The notes under the pieces: model-generated
Database searches by the model: none
What the model saw: only the letters and a program-made list of their open reading frames with translations
What the model was told of the DNA's origin: nothing
Translations under genes and position numbers: made by a program
Shown here: in pieces, positions 63,481-64,000 of the stretch
Position numbering within the stretch: position 1 is the stretch's first letter
Layout of the letters: every line of letters begins with the position of its first letter
From: Chamaesiphon sp.
Lineage (GTDB): Bacteria; Cyanobacteriota; Cyanobacteriia; Cyanobacteriales; Chamaesiphonaceae
NCBI GenBank assembly: GCA_965246715.1
Contig: CBDFFH010000002.1
Span: 96,001 to 160,000 of the forward strand
DNA length: 64,000 nucleotides
Reading direction: 5' to 3'

Positions 63481-64000
63481 ATGACAATAGGAACAGAATA
63501 TTCAATCGTTTGTCAGACAGCGATATCATATTTTGAGGACATTAATCAAGAAATTAAAAAGCTTGAACAACAGGATAATTATCTTATGAAAGAGTCTAGT
63601 GGCAAGGCTCTCATTGATGGAGATTTAAAGCTTTTCCATTCTGAAATTATGAAATCACAACCTCATGAACAGCCGTCTCTCTTAGGAATGTATTATTCAT
63701 GCATTGGCAGAATAAAAGAACTTAATTATTTTGCTCAAATAAAATTTGGAATGGTTAATGAAGGTATAGGTAAAAATGCCAAAAAGAATTTAGCAGAGGC
63801 TGCTGAAGCTTTTTCTAATGCGGTTGCTGCCGATCCAGATCCTCTATATCAGTATAGTTTAGCTTGTACTTATCTAAATTTAGATCGTAAAGCTGAAGCA
63901 GTGCAAATGTTTGAATTAGTTACTAATGGAGACAACTCAGGACTTGCTCTTGAAGCACGTAAAACAATCGGTCGAATTGGTTCTGTCACTCCAGCAAAGC
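63481..64000 (+). CDS. TPR-like protein (runs off the window)
   Basis: AGGAG RBS; EAAEAFSNAVAADPDPLYQYSLACTYLNLDRKAEAVQMF. Confidence 0.65.
   Translation, partial: MTIGTEYSIVCQTAISYFEDINQEIKKLEQQDNYLMKESSGKALIDGDLKLFHSEIMKSQPHEQPSLLGMYYSCIGRIKELNYFAQIKFGMVNEGIGKNAKKNLAEAAEAFSNAVAADPDPLYQYSLACTYLNLDRKAEAVQMFELVTNGDNSGLALEARKTIGRIGSVTPAK

Overview
Cyanobacterial chromosomal window. Gene content and dense CGATCG/GCGATCGC/TCGATCGA palindromes suggest a Chamaesiphon-like organism (inference). About 1-35 kb and 49.7-53 kb are mostly housekeeping (glgC, ndbB, infB, cobA/hemD, tldD, mutL, ndhQ, cysA, cobD, gltD), with several families of MITE/REP-like repeats, some nested. Four accessory regions stand out. 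(1) 36-41.3 kb: an Hsp70-like/GrpE-like/DUF2997 cluster bracketed by two proteins that share an N-terminal module. (2) 42.8-49.7 kb: a double-glycine-leader secretion locus (three precursors, C39-peptidase ABC transporter, HlyD). Its upstream AraC regulator is followed by a start-less double-Gly leader plus core that appears to be its own C-terminal tail; this is the best candidate for an undescribed system. (3) 53-59.5 kb: small toxin-antitoxin-like genes separated by repeated spacers, plus an internally deleted ISAzo13-type element. (4) 59.6-64 kb: only the 3' half of metH, abutting an AT-rich block with a STAND NTPase and small ORFs. Several single-base frameshifts at short homopolymers, one in essential infB, suggest consensus indel errors, so frameshift-dependent calls need read-level checks. 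All family assignments are from motif recognition by eye; no database search was run.
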